The notes under the pieces were generated by a model that was given only the letters and a program-made list of their open reading frames with translations, was not told the DNA's origin and made no database searches. This document shows, in pieces, positions 60,828-64,000 of a stretch of DNA of 64,000 nt (within the stretch, counting starts at the first letter, position 1; every line of letters begins with the position of its first letter). A program made the position numbers and the translations under genes. This DNA comes from Azolla caroliniana (taxonomy: Eukaryota; Plantae; Polypodiophyta). The DNA is taken from NCBI GenBank assembly GCA_043228905.1, contig JBHGNT010000008.1, positions 15,748,001 through 15,812,000 of the forward strand. The letters run 5' to 3'.

Positions 60828-63800
60828 CTTACCTCTCTCTCTCTCTCCTCCTTATAACCTCACCTTTCTTACTAAGAAGAAGACACACATCCATAAGAAA
60901 ACTTTGTGTAGTACTTAACCTCCAATGAGTCACTATTGGCCTCTTTCTCTCTCTATGGATACTAGAAAACACTTCTAATCCAATCGCTAACCCCCGACTA
61001 TTCCTAAACCACTTGCCCTAGTTTCCTTGACAACGTTAGGACCTGACATAACTAGCAGTGAATAGCTACTTTGCTACATTCTATCAAGGGCCATCTCGAT
61101 GAATAGTTTATGTCTAGCCAACCTTAATAAGAAATAAAAAAGAACGGGAGTACATAGTAGTATATGGCATCATGGCCAAAGTTTTAGCATCACACCTTCA
61201 TGATGCCTGCTTTCAACAACATTTTACATGACACCTTTTCAATTCAAAGAAATGGCACCCCACCCCCTAAGGTCGCATGTTTATATTAGGATGATTACAC
61301 TAACATAGAGTCGCATCCATCTCTTGTTAAACTTAGTGGACCTTTCGTATAGTTTAAACTATTTTACTTTGTGCATGTGAAAGGAAACTCAACCTATTAG
61401 TGAATTTCTTTCCACATTCAAACTCCTAAGTTGTTCTTTCTTAACGTGGCTCTGTGTGAATCAAATCTCAACCTAGTCTTATGCATGTACACGGTTGGTT
61501 CTTGGTGTTTCCAAATTTGGCCTTTGCTAGTCAATCAACATTTCTTTTGATGCATAAAGTAGTGTGGAAACACAACAAACATATAAGAATTCAGAAGAAG
61601 TATTACACCTTTTGTCAAATTTTGTTCAAAAAGCTAGTCCAAAATGAACGAGGACAACTTTTCCCCTCTGTTCACAGACTCCTCTCATGGATCGTTATGG
61701 AAATATCATCACCCATGGTCCTTGCCCTGACCATTTGTTTTATATAATACTTTCTAATTTTACATTTTTGTAGCCCTCCGATGCTTTTCTTAATATTAAT
61801 GAAGGAAATCTTTTTGAGAAAAAAAAATGAATGAGGACAACATATTCCCAAACACTACAATGCTAATTTGGACTTTCTTTACTTACTTGAACATGAACAT
61901 GAAGCTAGTCTCTTATCTGTTTACAGTATATGTAGATATGCACAAGCCTTGCCAAGAGAAGTTTCTTTGGTAACCAATCAAGTTTCTTTTTCATGCAAGA
62001 CATTATCAGAGCTTGTGAGAAAACATGATATATAGTCCAAAAGTTAGCAAATGAACTTCTTTATGTTATTCACAATTCATAATGGACAAGTTACAAATTT
62101 CAAGTAGCTTTTTAATGAAGAAGGGTAGTTTTTTCTAGAAGGATGTCTAGAAAATCATTTTACCACATCTAAATTTGTGGGCATTGGGAACTATTACGTA
62201 CCAAATTTCTCACTATCTCAAGATCTTTATCTTAAAGGCAAGTTTGAAACACACTAAACCTAGATGCTTTTTTAACATTGTTTTTCTAGGCTCAAGCTAT
62301 GGATTATGGCCCCCATCCCAAGAATCACTCAAAACACCATGATTAAAATGGTTCCTCTCTAACTTTTGGTATGTTAGACATGCCACCACTGTCCCTCATT
62401 ATGGCTTATCTCTCCCCATTAAAAGAGTGCATTGGTGACCGTTTTCACAACTCCGTGGACTACACTATGTATGTACATTGTATACCAAGACAAACTAATA
62501 ATTAGAGCACATCCATGAACATTGGCACCATATCAAAATTTCTTAATTAGAGCATTTGTAGAATGTTAAGTATTTTGCACTCAAGGATATTAGGCTTATT
62601 TTCTTGAAGGAGATGGAGACACTCATATTTAGGGATGTCTCACATCCCATTTTAAACGACCACTATAACTTACCGAACAGAAGAATAATATCAAAGACCG
62701 AAACCTAACTTCATTCTTCTATTTTCCATATTGTTTTATAGTAGTAGACAACATTAAAAAAAACCATATGCTTTGCCATATCCTACCATGTATTGGAAGA
62801 TAATGTAGACAAAAGTAACATCTTATGGGAGTACTAAAGCCTTCTTACAAATAACATTGTTCACCTTTTATATACATGTGTGAGAGAAGTATCTTCCGAT
62901 GAAGATACTCCTAAGAGGATATTCTTTCAACATCAAGATTGTTTCTACTTAGGAATATCCTTTTTCATTAGACATTGGATTCTAAGTGTACGGTATGGTC
63001 GAATGAGGAGCATCCTTGTTCGATATCATGTTGGTCTCATTTCAGAATATCTCTTGTCAAGATGCTCTATGAATTCAAGCGAAGAAGTTGTGTTAACACA
63101 TGCACACAAAATGATAAAACGTATTATTTCTTCTAATGCCACTTCCATTTACTCACTCGCCCTTCATCGAGTGTAGAGGAGATAAACCACACATGCAAAC
63201 ATCTGATAGAAGGCCTTGTGTCTCCTTTTACGCCACTTCCATGGGAATTGTTTCTTATAAGGAATACACATTTGAGGAAGGTATGGACATTGTAATCTTT
63301 TCTTCCAGGAATATAGATCTATCACGATGGAATCAAAGTGATGGTTTCAAAGGACAAACCGTCACAAAACCATTGAAATTGTTTCTTCTTGCTCTCAAAT
63401 ATCAAATCATCATACACACAAGTGACAACATGTTCCTCCTTCATTTGAGGGGGATGAAGAATTGCAAACATGAGAAGGCATCGTTTCTTCCATTGGTTTC
63501 GAAAGGAGAAGAATGAGACGATGAAAGTACACTCAAAATGTGAGGGAAAAGAACTCCATGCAATCAATATGGCTAACCATGCATAGAAAGTGATATATAG
63601 AAAAACATTGGTATCAATGATATGATGGAGCCAACACAAATAAGGGTGATTGTAATGTAAAATAAACACAAAGAATCTATACACAAACATATAGCTATAC
63701 CATAAAAATAATTTTTGTGTATATGTCAAATTGTTATGGAGATCATTTTACCATAAAAATAATGGAGGTGTTGTGGATTAACAACACCTCCATTCCTCTC

Positions 63801-64000
63801 TAATTATGAAGTGAGCTAAGATGTGTTAATTAGAGATGGTGATTCCGATAAAGGTTACAAATCGAGGTGTGCTCTAAGAATCAAGCACAAGAGTAAGGAG
63901 ATTACGAGTTCGAGATGTGTTGGGCACGAGATTATGATGGTAGCATCGTTGAAGCATGTGTGATTAGGAGGCAATGGGCATTGTTTTAAGTGTGTGATTA

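Overview
Eukaryotic land-plant nuclear DNA, not bacterial. A non-seed plant such as a fern is a plausible source, but that is inference. Host genes: the 3' part of a spliced AFG1/ZapE-family ATPase (227-3388), a 4-exon RING-H2 E3 ligase (7320-9153), an intron-containing elongator tRNA-Met (11439-11523), an intronless GDSL lipase (19213-20394, -) and psaD (59461-60099, -). Over half of the window is transposon-derived. This includes an intact young Copia element (12475-17994) flanked by a 59-bp rather than 5-bp duplication, a 20-kb nest of LTR elements inside a minus-strand Copia (26041-46010), LINE fragments, a second Gypsy nest (49910-57469) and three copies of one MITE. Most striking observation: two related Gypsy elements with dissimilar LTRs (29548-34192 and 53878-56943) have no polypurine tract. 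Instead, 2 nt before the 3' LTR, both carry a conserved 38-nt motif ending in a copy of the tRNA-Arg(UCU) 3' end including CCA, which reads as a second primer-binding site on the opposite strand. This suggests tRNA-primed or tRNA-mimic-primed plus-strand synthesis. All coordinates, mismatch counts and tRNA matches were obtained by eye, with reference tRNA sequences recalled from memory, so they need computational confirmation.
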